From Dipteris shenzhenensis (taxonomy: Eukaryota): a stretch of 64,000 nucleotides of DNA. The notes under the pieces are model-generated. The model made no database searches. It saw only the letters and a program-made list of their open reading frames with translations, and was not told the DNA's origin. Of the stretch, positions 20,950-33,939 are shown in pieces. The stretch lies in assembly GCA_047967505.1 (NCBI GenBank), contig CM106538.1, one strand, 5' to 3'. The position numbers were made by a program, and so were the translations under genes. Positions within the stretch are counted from its first letter, which is position 1, and each line of letters opens with the position of its first letter.

Positions 20950-23900
20950 AAGGAAGAAAAGAACAATGGAAGGAGAGAAGGCTCAAGGGAGGTAATCTGA
21001 AGTGACCATTTCCAATAGAGTGAGACTCTACTCAAATGCAACTCCATATGCTATACACATAATTGATGATGTAATTGATTCTAATGGGATAGATTTGCCT
21101 CCATCTCAACTTTGGGTGGAGTTGACATCAGCAAGTGCAACATGTCAAATACAGGCCATGGAAGATTGGCAAGCAAGCAATAACCTCATCTCTTGGGAAA
21201 CATTAAACCATCTCGGCCAGGTACGCCTTCAAGTATGTGATTCTGAAACGCACTCCATAGAGGGTACCTCTATTAAGGTTTTTGGTTTTTTAACATTGAA
21301 TGTTTCCTTGGACAATTACGTTGTGCCTTGCAAGTTTTTTGTAATTCCTACAAGAGACTCACAAAGGGTTATTTGGTGATGAGTCAACCAACAAAATGTG
21401 CTAAGAACTACCAAAAATCAACCCAACATTCAAGCATCAACATCAATATCCACTTCTACTTCTCAAGCTCAGCAAGCACCTCACCAACAAAGAAAACTAA
21501 GAAGAAGAGAAACCAAGCAATTGTGGGTCTGAAAGGATCTACTAGAGACCCAAGGGTACCTTGAAGTTGAATCATACATTTGAGTTCCAACAAAACCTTG
21601 ACATCAAAATACACCCCAGTATGTAAACAATAAACCCTGACATCGAAGAACCAAACAATGCCATCCAAAAAAGAAGGTACAATACCATTGGCTTACCAAA
21701 AGACTACAAGAGGCTCAAGGATATTACCTTGGAAACACTTATATTTGGGTACCCAAGGTACTTAGAGCAATAAGAGTACCTCCATCATCTTCAAGCAGCA
21801 GCGACAATGTGCTAAATAAAGAGCAAAAGAACAAATGGAGGCCAAAGCCTAAAAAATTGTCATCACCAACAAATGAGAGGCAAACATCAACTTTAGGCTT
21901 ATCAATTATGAAAAATAAAGGCAAATTTTGGAGAGCAAAACCACAAGAACCTACCTTGAAAAAGATAGAACCACAAGAACCTATTCACAAGGACAAGGGT
22001 CAATCACCAATACAAGAAGATCACACAGAAAGATCATCCTCTACCTCCTATCGAGTAGTTACACAAGAACCTGTCTCAAAAAAAGAGACAGTAACACAAG
22101 AACCTACTCGATCACTAATCTATAAAAAAGAAATTGAATTCATTGGATCATCTTCAAGGCAAATGGTAGCTACATAAGAACCTGTCTCCAAAAAAGAGAC
22201 AGTAACAAAAGAACCTGACATGAAAAGAAGGGAATCTACTTTGGGAGCTACACAAGAACCTTCCTTAGTACAAAATTTAGCATCAAGCTTCGTGACAGCT
22301 ACGTGTGTCACACCAAACATGCCAGACACAATGGAGGTCACACAAGAACCTTCCAATGAGAATGATGAATTATTTTCACTAGCAACTTTCTTAGAAGTAG
22401 CTTGGGATCAACAAAAATAGAAGATCTTCGAGACACTCGGTCCTACTCACATTTGCTCCAAAGGACACACATCACTTTATTATGGTGAGACAATGGAAAT
22501 TGAAGAGGCTAGAGGATGTAATTAACAAGGGAACTAGAAAGATGGGATCAAAAAGGACTATTGCAAGCTCAGAGATCTTATGATGGCAATGTGGATCCCT
22601 AAGCATCATCAACACGACAGCCCACCTTCTCGTGCTTGTATCATGGCTAGCTTCACCCCTTTAACAGAGACCTAAAACGTTTGGGTCTACAACACCAACA
22701 ACGAAGCATTCAATGGTAGTAGCTACACAAGAACCTAATCCTAAAAAGGGAGTAGTAACACAAGAACCTACTACAAGCTCCACAAAGGACAAGACAATGC
22801 TCGTTCAAGGCCTTCATTAGTTTTCCCATAAAGAAATACAAACCCACTCCTTTAGTATGGCATTCATCAACTCCATAGCACTACACCCACAAGAACGTAC
22901 TATCATAAAAATGGGGTAGATTTATAAGAACCTGCTGTGAGAAAACATACTGGAGCCCTTCACAACACATTGCTACCATGGAAGAAGCTCCTCGCCAACA
23001 AAAGTCAGAGACACATTCACCCCCAGTATCCCAAGGCACTCCTCCACATACAAAACAATAAGTGATCCTACACCAATAGCTCTACAAGATGATTTTGATT
23101 GCAGGATGACAAAAAAAGGGTCTAGATGAGTTTCTTGTGATCCTCAAAGATTTGTTTTCACTTTCATTTACTAACCCCACGCTTCATCAACTAACTCTAA
23201 CTCTCCCTCCTCTTTTTATTTGTCCTTATTATTATTCTTTTTTATGCTTAACCCTAGTACCCACTTAACCATTTGAGCCTTCCAATGTCATATCAGTTTT
23301 AATTTTAGAGGACTTTCCTAGAACCCAGAATGCAATAAACCTTTTCAACCATAGTTCTCATTTAGGGGTTTGTAGGGTGTATTATCAAACTTCTCTCAAT
23401 TTGATGACTCGGACAAAGCCCTCAATGAAATCTAATCCATAAAATGTATTTTTAAAGAACTTCAAAGCAGAAAAGCAAGGAAAAATGCCATGCAAAACTT
23501 CGGACTTACAAGCATGGCAAGTCAAAGACATAGTCTGATGAGAATCCAATAAAAGTTCCACTCAAATCAAATATGGCTTAAGGAGGGGAATGAGAATACA
23601 TTGTACTTACTCTGATAACTCTAACACCACTAGGATCTTACATCAATCCCTCATAACACCTTCTCCCAACTAACTTAAACATTATATTTTTCTCTTTCTT
23701 CCTCTCTCTTTGAAAGGTCACAAGTACTCATCTATAATCCATCCACCCGATGTCTAACCATTGGAATCCAATCAAGCCATGCCATGCCAATTACAGTGGC
23801 ATCCAATGCTACCAAAGGCAATATCCATCTTTCCAGCAACAATTCCACCACAAAGGATCCAATGAAGACTTGTTATGAGCACTTCAAATGGCAAAATTTC

Positions 23901-24504
23901 ACACGGGTACTCACTAGGAATGATCTTCACCAATAATGAACCAACAACCATGACCTTTACACAATCTAGGGACTGGATCGATATCAGGAAGGGGGGAATG
24001 TTAATTGATTGGTTAACAATATGCCACCATTGGTTAGTGATGTCATTGGCAAGTCTGTAGAGCTAGGATTGTGCCTTGGATGCAAATAGGCCCAAGATGG
24101 TTGTAAAAGATCATATGAGGTCCAAAGAGAGTGGTATAAAGGGAATAGGGTTGGCCCTTGCTTCAGAAGGTTACATGTATAAAAGGCCAAGTGGTTGACT
24201 TTGCTCTTCATTGTTGGATGCACAAGTTTGGAATACAAGATCCCTCTTCTCTTCCAAGAATTTTTGTGGGTGTTCTCTTGTTTCCTTTGTAGTGCCTTCA
24301 TGTTTACCACTCCATCCTCATTCATTCTCCTCTTCTCCTCCCCTTCTCCCTCTCTTCCCCCATCTCTCCCCCCCCCCCCCTCTCTCTCTCTCTCTCATGG
24401 AAATGCATTGCAACAATCTGGAAGTCCCGCTTGATTGACACTTGTGGACAGCTCGTGCTTTGCATTGCTCTCACAGGGAGTAGCATGGAGTGGAGGCTCC
24501 ATCA
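20950..24504 (+). mobile_element. Decayed non-autonomous LTR element: protease-like relic, low-complexity QEP-repeat ORF, PPT and 3' LTR
   Basis: Protease-like HSIEGTSIKVFGFLTLNV..CKFFVIP (21250-21350); two W..K.L.E.QGY motifs; repeated CACAAGAACCT; PPT AGGAAGGGGGGAA (23986-23998) followed by TG. The left boundary is uncertain. Confidence 0.5.
23999..24504 (+). repeat. Probable 3' LTR (~506 bp)
   Basis: Starts with TG right after a polypurine tract; contains TATAAAAGG (~24178) and a CT tract; ends CCATCA. No partner LTR was found in the window. Confidence 0.45.
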
Positions 24505-24547
24505 GCATTCCTTTAAGATCCCCATCACACGTGAGTCATTGTTGAGA

Positions 24548-25430
24548 CTACATAGCATTTGGTACCAAAAGAATTTTATGTTGACATGATTTAGGTGGGA
24601 CTCTTGGAAAAGTGGTGTAATTCCAAGCAAAAACATCTTTGTACCTGGTGAACAATTCGTTGACAACCTGAAGTTGCTCGAAAGAAAGTTTGGCACTTAC
24701 CACAATAGTTGTAGGCTTGTACTCCATTCCAAGGTTTGTTCTTGTGTCGTTCGGCTGTGGAACTAATTGATCAGTTTCATGTCTTGCCAGTTCTCTTTCT
24801 CCTTCAACATCTTTGGTGAAGTTGCTCGAGAATAGATCTTTCTGAGCTGCAGTTTGCTTGGTCTTCATTTTCAGCTTGATATCAATTGTGCCACTTGAAA
24901 GATATTTATTTCTTTGATAGAAAGGATTTTCAATTCCATCAAGCATGATTCTACATCTTGAGGAAATGGGTCTCAACTTTTAAATCCTTAGGCCAGTAAC
25001 TATTCCGTAGCCGGTAACTATTTCGTACCTTTCAGGGGTTAGTGGGAATGCACACTTCCTTGCCATCAAATTTGATGATCATTTCCTTGGATCCCAATTG
25101 TGAAACACCTTAGCCCTCTTGAGCCAAGGCCATCCCAAAAAAATAGGATAGGCATTTGTTTCCATGGCAATCACAATGAGACTAATAGTGTAATGAATTC
25201 ATCCTATAGAAATTACAACATCCTGTAGCATACCTTTGGGGTTAATTGGTTGTTGATTTGCCATTCACACTTTGAAAGGAGATGTCTTGAAAGTCTTAAA
25301 CTTTAGTCATTTTTCAACATCTTTAGAAATAATGTTAACTCTTAAACTACCATCCATGATCACACCTAGTATAAATGTTTCTTGACTTCAATAGTGATGA
25401 GACTGGTACTTCCTCATCTACAAGATCATG
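24548..25430 (-). mobile_element. Decayed gypsy protease / pre-RT fragment
   Basis: GVIMDGS.RVNII..MANQQPINPKGML..YPIFLGWPWLKRAKVFHNW and ELFTRYKDVFAWNY...CQHKILL; interrupted by stops. Confidence 0.75.
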
Positions 25431-25965
25431 GGTATGGTAACCAAGGAATCTATTTCCTTTGGGTGTTCCTTAGATTCCTTGATTTATTGGGAAAAGAATT
25501 CATGGCAATATGGAGCTATTAGAATTAGTTTAGCAAAAGTAAGACTTATCTTCATGTTCTTGAATATTCTTGGTCCACACTTTGTTCTTTGTACTTTGAA
25601 AACTCGCCTAGTTCAATTGTTGAAAGTAGATGGAACTACTTGGATGGCATCTCAAATACCAATGCCTTGCCCTTCAATTCTCTGGCAATTTTAGTAGCTA
25701 CCTTGTTTTGTGACTCCTAGTTTATATCTTTGGCCAATGAATTATTGTCTGTAGAGGTTGCAACCGGCCCTTCAACCTCGTGATCACTTGGGCCTCCACT
25801 ATGTCTGGTAGTTCGGCTACAATTTCTCCACACTTTGGATCCACTTCTTTCCATTCCATATTGGTTTAAGGAACATCAAGCGTTCAGCCCAAATTGGACA
25901 TTCCAAATGAATATGATTCTCTCCATCTTCTCCTTGCCATTCTTGCCTTTGCCTTTATTCTCAAA

Positions 25966-26059
25966 CCCTTTTCTTCAGCCCACAGTGGCTTATATGAGTT
26001 ACCCTTGGACTGTATTATTAACTCATAGACCTATGAGGCCTCTCGATGATGATAGTACA

Positions 26060-26123
<64 letters not shown>

Positions 26124-26599
26124 GCCATGCATGCATGCCAACCCTAAGACATACTGGAGCAGAGTAGGAGGAAATAACTGACATGAGGATAGCATGGTTT
26201 CAATGGGAAGAGACGGTTCAAAGCGGTGGATCTAGGGACACAGAGGCCCGATATGATGCATAGATTTTCCATAGCACACACAATGGAGGTCCAAAGGGGA
26301 CCACCCAAACCAAGGGATACAGATATGATCATTGAGACCATGCCCCCTAACATAGTGAGAGATGACCCAACAAACATAGATAAGAGGAGCCGAGAGGAGG
26401 GCCACCACGACACTTGATTATGTATTCTGGGAACTAGTTTTGAGTTCTATCTTTTGAGTTTTGAGTTTTTGTTTTGTACCATAGCACTCAGCAACAGCCT
26501 TAGCAAGCCCTTTTCTATAGCCCATAGTGGCTTATATGAGCTACCCTTGGATTGTATTTTTGACTCATAGGCCTATGAGGCCTCTCAATGACGGTAATA

Positions 26600-26640
<41 letters not shown>
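25966..26640. repeat. Direct repeat (~100 bp plus (CT)n), two copies ~542 bp apart
   Basis: gcccaYagtggcttatatgagYtacccttgga...tacatctctctc at ~25978 and ~26520. Confidence 0.8.
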
Positions 26641-26642
<2 letters not shown>

Positions 26643-28326
26643 CTCTCTCCTCCTCTCTTATTTTCATAATTCACACTCTCTTCTATGATTATCGTGAGCA
26701 TCTCATTATTCCCTCAATCTAGCATTGTCCTTCAAACACACCTCAAACTTGCTCTTTGGGTACTAGAGGATCCATGCAACTAGACCAAAGGCTTACTTTA
26801 GACTATCGAAAACAATCTATAGTATCTTTATCATATAGAGAAGAATCTAAATTATAGCTAATAGATATACCAAAGTCTTAATTTACCCAATGGAGAACAA
26901 GTCGATACTGGGTCCTAAAGATACTAGGTGTGACTGCAACAGAATTGAAGGCAGAACCAAATGTGAACTATGCATCTAGATTGAATTGAGGTTTTGGATG
27001 CACTCGGTGTGACTATGATTGAATTGAATGTACAACCGAATGTAAACTCTGCATGTGCAAGGCTAGTTGATGCATGTGTGTGCTAAATTTGAGGTGCAAG
27101 ATGTATGACATCAACATTTTTTAAACTCAAACCCAATTACATTTTCCATTTCATGGATTATGATGTGTTGTTGTCAACTTGCATCATCTATATACAAAAA
27201 AAAAATGTCCACGATGTTATTTCAAGATTAACAAATCTCAAGAAATCTCTCTTATTAACAATTCGACTACCCCCTAAATGGCCATTTCCCCTCCTCTCTA
27301 TACACACCCTATACACAACTTAAAGCCAATATAGCATCTTGTAAGTCCAAACAATTTTGTACTGAGAGTGTGTGCCATACCAAGGTTATGTAAATAAGAA
27401 CTAATACTCTTTAATTGCAAGGAAGAATTGTACATATTTCAAACAGGGAAGAAAATAAAATTGCTTTCAACTTTATTATCTAGATACATAGACTATACAA
27501 TGTCTTTATAGATTTAAAGTTGCAGTACATCTACACATTTATCATATAGTTGAGTTTTGAGCTTCTTACTTTTGTTTTTCTTTTCTAAAGGAAAAAGAAA
27601 CAAATGATTGAATCCTAGAATCCTCATTGCGAGTGTCTATCCTCTTATCAAAGATCAACATGCTTTCATGACTAAGAAACTCCGTTAGCGGAATGGGTTC
27701 TGGGTTCATTTAACCATGGAAGCTAAAGAAACACCCTTGTGTAGAGTCCTCATAGTGAGTGCATATCCTCTCATCATTGGCCAACCTCCTTTGATAGTTC
27801 AAAGAACCCATAAGTACCCACTAAGGCCATCCATTGTTCATGGAAGCAAGGATGCACGCTTAACAATATTTGATTGTCATGAATAGGGGATTCCATGCTC
27901 CAACTCCTAACATCGCTTTTAGATATCTATCCTCACACTTAAAGCACCTAGACAAGACAAACTACTTAGAGCTACATGCCCGGTATCCACGTGTGGTTTT
28001 TTAAAATCTACTCCTTCACTACCAGATTGGTAAGTTTCAATCAAGTTTGGAAATTCAGGACATAAATTGAACACCAAACAAGAGTGCATCAATTGCTTGC
28101 ACAATGAGATAGATAAGCACATGTGACTTTAAGGAAATAGTTATATTGTATCACGTTTTTAATTTCAAGAAGCCATAGGCCCAAAAATCAAAGAAGCTTG
28201 CAAAATCGATGCTAATGCATACTCTGTCAGCAGTGTTACCAAAGAAGAGCGGGTTGAAAGAAAAGCAGCTGCCAGACATGGCATAAGCAACCATTGGCTG
28301 AAGCATTATACTCAGCAAAGAGAGGT

Positions 28327-30060
28327 TTACTCGTCAATGTCGTCTCCGTTCTCCTCATAGTCTCCAGTGTCGGCATTGGCATCCTGGTATTGTTGATACT
28401 CCGATACCAAATCGTTCATATTGCTCTCCGCCTCAGTAAATTCCATCTCGTCCATCCCTTCCCCTGTGTACCAGTGCAAAAAGGCCTTCCTTCTGAACAT
28501 GACAGTGAATTGCTCACTCACTCGCCTAAACATCTCTTGAATGGAAGTGGAATTCCCCACGAATGTTGATGACATCTTTAGGCCAGTGGGAGGGATGTCA
28601 CAGACGCTTGATTTTACGTTGTTGGGAATCCACTCCACAAAGTAGGACGAATTCTTGTTCTGCACATTCATCATCTGCTCATCGACCTCTTTTGTACTCA
28701 TCTTGCCTCGGAACATCGCAGAGGCTGTCAGATACCGCCCGTGTCTCGGATCTGCAGCGCACATCATGTTCTTCGAGTCCCACATTTGTTGAGTAAGCTC
28801 TGGCACGGAGAGAGCTCTGTACTGCTGCGAGCCTCTGGACGTCAAAGGAGCAAATCCTACCATAAAAAAGTGTAATCGAGGGAAAGGGATCAGATTGACA
28901 GCAAGCTTCCGCAGATCGGAATTCAGTTGCCCAGGAAAGCGGAGGCAACAAGTCACTCCACTCATGGTCCCAGAGATCAAGTGGTTCAGATCACCGACTG
29001 CAGAAGAGTTCACCAAAACACATGAGACAATGCTTCTTTTTCATGAGACAAAGCGCTACTTCTTATTCTATAACTCTATGGTACTTCATACTTACATGTT
29101 GGCGTGGTGAGCTTCAACGTCCTGAAGCAGATGTCATACAGAGCTTCGTTATCCAGAACCATGCATTCATCTGCGTTTTCAATCAGCTGATGAACAGACA
29201 GTGTAGCATTGTAAGGCTCCACGACCGTGTCGGATACCTTTGGGGACGGGAACACGGAGAACGTGAGCATCATTCTATCGGGGTACTCCTCTCTGATCTT
29301 GGAGATCAAGAGGGTTCCCATTCCCGAGCCCGTGCCACCTCCAAGGGAATGACAGACCTCAAACCCTGAAATACAACGTCAAGGAGGAGCCCTGATGAAA
29401 AATTAGAAGAGACGAGCATTTAAAGTATTTTGTGAAGATATGAGCAATCGGACGTGAGGGACCCAAGTCATGGAATCCCATTCTTATCGAGCGTTCATGC
29501 CCACATATACAAAAGGACCGAAAAGGGGCAAATGCATCGACTCTAACAGGAGATGGCATAGGACTTACACCCAATAATATGGCCGACAGGACGAAGAAAG
29601 CACAAAATGAAACATGGTATGCGGTTTTTTGGGAAACCAGATCGAGCAACGGATTTCGAAACAGACCTTGAAGACAGTCACAGCTCTCAGCCTCTTTCCT
29701 CACGACGTCTAAAACAGAGTCAATGAGCTCTGCGCCTTCTGTGTAGTGGCCTTTGGCCCAGTTGTTGCCAGCACCCGTCTGCCCGAAAACGAAGTTATCA
29801 GGGCGAAAGATTTGGCCGAACGGACCAGAGCGGAGGCTGTCCATTGTTCCGGGCTCGAGGTCCATGAGAACGGCGCGAGGAACGTAGCGACCACCGCTGG
29901 CTTCGTTATAGTAAACGTTGATGCGCTCGAGCTGAAGATCGGAGGAGCCACAGTAGTTGCCGGTCTCGTCGATGCCATGCTCATCGCAGATCACTTCCCA
30001 AAACTTGGCACCGATTTGGTTACCGCACTGGCCGCCCTGGATGTGGAGTATCTCGCGCAT
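28327..30060 (-). CDS. TUB: Beta-tubulin, 444 aa; exons 30060..29667, 29365..29096, 28997..28327
   Basis: [17 protein letters not shown] start; GGGTGSGMG signature; GT-AG introns (301 and 98 bp) giving the canonical plant 394- and 270-nt first exons; the spliced frame is open to TAA. Confidence 0.98.
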
Positions 30061-30399
30061 ATTGCCGGAAGCAAAGATCTACCCAAGGTGACGCTGGATC
30101 GCAAGATTCAGTTGCAATCGCTGGTAAAAGCTTCTCAAAGATTGTGGCCTACGATGTGCTGCTGGATCTTCAAATGGGTGACAAAGAATTTCCGAAATGA
30201 AACTGTGCACTAGGTCTGTGCTAAAGCATTAAGGAGAGCTTGAAATGGGCGCTAGGATCTTCCAGTCTACAGATGCAAGCTTGTGAGGGAACTGGGGGAC
30301 CTTGCAGTCTCTTCTTAAAGATTGCGAGATACGATGAAATTCGGCAGCTGTGAGGACGATGCCAGCGATTTTGAGAGAAAAGATGTCCCAACTTTAGTT

Positions 30400-30830
30400 A
30401 TTTATAATCAGAACAGAAAGCAAAACATCAAAGCAAAGCGTGACGACGCCCATGCGCGAACGATGGCATCTTCTCTAACGTCCTCCAAATTCTGACCGTC
30501 GATCCTCTTGTTCGTCGTCCATCTTGCGGTCCATCGTAGCCGTCCAACAACGACGTTGTCCTAATGGTGGCCGTCCATCTTTACGTCGACCCTGCATGCC
30601 GTTTCTCACCGTCGATTGCGGTGGTCTTCCCCCATCGCGACCGTCAATTATCGTCCATCGATGACCGTCGATCTTCGTTGACGGATTCTGGACCGTTCAT
30701 TCAGCGGAGATCCGGCAGACTGCTACGTGGCAGATGCAACGGAGCCAACAAAATATCCAATTGGGTCGGAGTTTTGCGTTGCCGGCCGGATATTCGGCCG
30801 CCTGCCGGCGGGCCATTCGGCACAAAAAAT
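30400..30830 (-). promoter_or_regulatory. Tubulin promoter: TATAAAT (30400-30406) plus CpG-rich block with clustered CCGT/ACGG motifs
   Basis: CpG-dense island in otherwise CpG-poor DNA; about 10 CCGT/ACGG cores in 30490-30745. Confidence 0.55.
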
Positions 30831-31251
30831 AATGTGCCAAACAAAACACATTAAGTTGAAGGAACCCTCAAAATCTTCCGTCTACGGATAAGTGGGGCTC
30901 ATTTTACTCAAATTCATCAATATCTATCTATTCTACCACCCTAGGGAAAAACAAAAAGGATCGTTTTTTGGCCTGCCACCACGAGGAGGCCTAAGTGAAC
31001 TCAATGCTCAGTAGAAGCCAAAATACCTATTTATTTTATTTTTTGAGACTCTATTTTTCTGTTTGAGTTTAAATTTGAATTTGCATTTGCATTTTTTCCC
31101 TCTTTCCCCTTTCCACACCCCTTTCATCATGTTTCACTTTTTGGCCTGCCACAAGGAGGCCTAAGTGAAGGCGAATTCAGAAGCGAAAATGGCCTTTTTT
31201 TTTTTAAATCACGCTTTTAACGTGCTATTTTTCTCCTCCACATTTTCAAAG

Positions 31252-31295
<44 letters not shown>

Positions 31296-32554
31296 AATTC
31301 ATCATCTCCGCCCTCTTTCGCTATTTAGATCTCCGGCAGGCCTTATGAATTATTTATTATCATTCACCTTGTTTACATGTGATAGCTGTTACCACATGTC
31401 AACCAAGACTCTTGGCTATTGGACTCCCATCCAATGTTTCCTTCAACCGCATTAAACAAGGCGTTCTGAGAGATTTTCATCGTCAACCACATTACCCAAG
31501 GCGTTGCCACATATCAACCACGACCCTTGGCTATTAGACTCCAATCCAACGGTCAAGTGATGACCTTTCACCTTTATCTATGGAGGGTGTGATTGATATG
31601 AGGAGGTGAATGTTGATCATCGGCCTTAGCTACCATGCACAAGTTGAGCTCCTCATTCGGTAACTCCTCAGCAAGCTCATCTCCTACCCCTATGAGTTCA
31701 ACATTGCGGATATTACCTACTTAGGGGAATCTTTGAAAGATTCCACACAAAAAGGGGGCCTTTTTAAAGAGATTAGAGAAGTGCTTTAGTCATGGGTAAA
31801 GGCTTTTTCTACAATGAACCAAAACACAAATAACAAGAAAATTCCAAGAAATGGCATGATTTTTAGAAGAAACTAGATTCAACATAGTCATGAATCTCAA
31901 ATTGAAAGGAAATTGTGCTATTATTGGAAGTAAAGATCATAGACTATAGGTTTAAAAACAAGAAAAGTGATAAGTAACAACAAAATGTCTTCTAGTACAT
32001 GTTCAAATTTGACTACTCTTCATCAGTTTCTACTATTATTGATTACATTGCTTTCATCCTTATATGAAATGGAAGAGGCATCTTCCTCTACTCTATCGAC
32101 AATGAACACCCGCTCTTTAACCTTATGTTTGACTCCTAGTTCTTACTTTTTTTGCACCTTCACAATCCTCTCTCTCCTGCAAGCATGTGATTTTTTCCTC
32201 AAGTGAATATTTATAGTCGAATTTATGAGATGTCTTACCTTTGCAAGGGTGTACATAGTCAACAGGGACAAGTATATCCACTTCATCAAGACTAAGTGTA
32301 TTAGTACTGCGTGTATTTTTGCTCCTTTTCTTTGATATTCTTTGTACATGACATCTCATTTCCAAGCTATAGTTTCATTTGAAGGCATATTCAAGATATG
32401 TTTTATATCGATTTACTATGATAATCTACTATATCCATTTTCTTCCTCAAGGTAATCAAATGAAAGTTACCAATCCAAAATGGATGCCCAAGATTATCAT
32501 ACTTTGACAATGTAGCTAGAGGTGTACCTCCTTAATGTGTTGGGAATGTCCACT

Positions 32555-32670
32555 GAAAAGGCAGAGGTAGAGCACCTCAGACAAGTCATCATCATCAACA
32601 AAACTAGCATCAACAACATCACCATCCGCAGCAGCATCAACATCAGCATCCAAGAGGAAATCATTCCAAA
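32555..32670 (+). mobile_element. Small gag fragment of the copia family found at 44618..50455
   Basis: gcatcaacatcagcatccaagaggaaatcattccaa is shared with ~48019-48054. Confidence 0.6.
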
Positions 32671-32874
32671 CTAGATCTAGGCAGGTAGCTGTATTGAGCT
32701 AGAATATGTATAAATGAATTTAGTGCTATTTCCTAGAAATTTTTAAATAATATTTTCCATTTTGACTTAATTTATAAAGTGAATTTATAACATAGATTTA
32801 TGTAAACTTGGAATTTGAGTAGGTAAAGTTCTCCATGACACTTGGATGACCGCAACATGTATCTATAGGATGCT

Positions 32875-33290
32875 TTATAGAAACACAATTTTCACGAAGG
32901 TATTTTTGGCGCATAGATGGGGGAGAGGAGTCAATAAATGCACAGATTCGCTTCTTTGAATGGTAGATATTTGTAAGCATGACAATGCTGCCTCTGTTGG
33001 AGGTGTTGGCTTTGAAAGAATGTATGCAAATATCATTTTTAATTTAATTGGATCTAGATTATCTAGTCCTAGAAGTTTTACATCACCATGATTCAAGTTC
33101 ATGTGTCCCATGGGTTCAGTTTTCATTGCATATTTTAGAAGGTAATATGATAGGCCTATGTTGATTATTTTTTGAATATTCATATGTGCTTGCCACAAGA
33201 GTAATATTCCTGCATGGTATGGAACGACATTATGATGTTCTAGGGATGGACAGAAGTAGATCCATCTTTGTGTTAGAGGATCCCCAGACC
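32875..33290 (-). mobile_element. Helitron Rep/helicase fragment
   Basis: RWIYFCP..HHNVVPYHAGILLLWQAHMNIQKI...LSYYLLKYAMKTEP matches the Helitron VVPY..LL.W.AHMN.Q....Y..KY..K motif. Confidence 0.7.
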
Positions 33291-33364
33291 AGTCGAAAAA
33301 TGTTAAGCGCTCGTTGGCAGCACATTCATAAGGTGCTTAGATTAGATGATAGTGGACTCAAGTT

Positions 33365-33800
33365 ATGTAAAACTTGGCATTAAAGATCGTATCCATATAG
33401 TCCATTCACTCAAGATATGTAAAACTTGGCACTAAAGCTCGTATCCCTATAGTCCATTCACTCAAGATATGTAAAACTTGGCACTAAAGCTCGTATCCCT
33501 ATAGTCCATTCACTCATCATGCATGAGAGGAGTATATACACTAGGGATGCACTAATAATGGCATTTCAAGAACCCATGTTTTGACGTAGTATTTCTACAA
33601 ACACTGCCCTTACATCGTCTATGGCTATCACACTTTTTATACACTACAGCTCGTATCCCTATAGTCCATTCATTCATCATGCATGAGAGAAGTATATGCA
33701 CTACGGATGCATTGATAATGGCATTTCAAAAAACCTCATTTTGATGTAGCATTTCTACAAACACTGCCCTTGCATTGTCTAAGACTCCCACACTTGTCAT
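33365..33800. repeat. Tandem duplications (52-bp unit x~3, then ~158-bp unit x2)
   Basis: tatgtaaaacttggcactaaagctcgtatccctatagtccattcactca at 33365/33417/33469; 33489.. repeats at 33648.. Confidence 0.8.
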
Positions 33801-33835
33801 ACACATTGATAAGGGCATTTCTCACAGTAATATCT
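33490..33835 (-). pseudogene. PLS-class PPR fragment, minus strand
   Basis: VRNALINVYDKCGSL/DNARAVFVEMLHQNEVF*NAIINAS. Confidence 0.7.
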
Positions 33836-33939
33836 GACTCATCTGACTCAACAATAGAGGCTTGAATCATTGGAATCTATTCTAGGGCTGCCACACTCAC
33901 AGATGCATCCACATCACAAATGAAGATGATCTTGTATAA

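Noticed and set aside
29359-29666. 233-aa tubulin ORF with a novel C-terminus
   Set aside because: Read-through into intron 1; GT-AG sites give canonical exon sizes.
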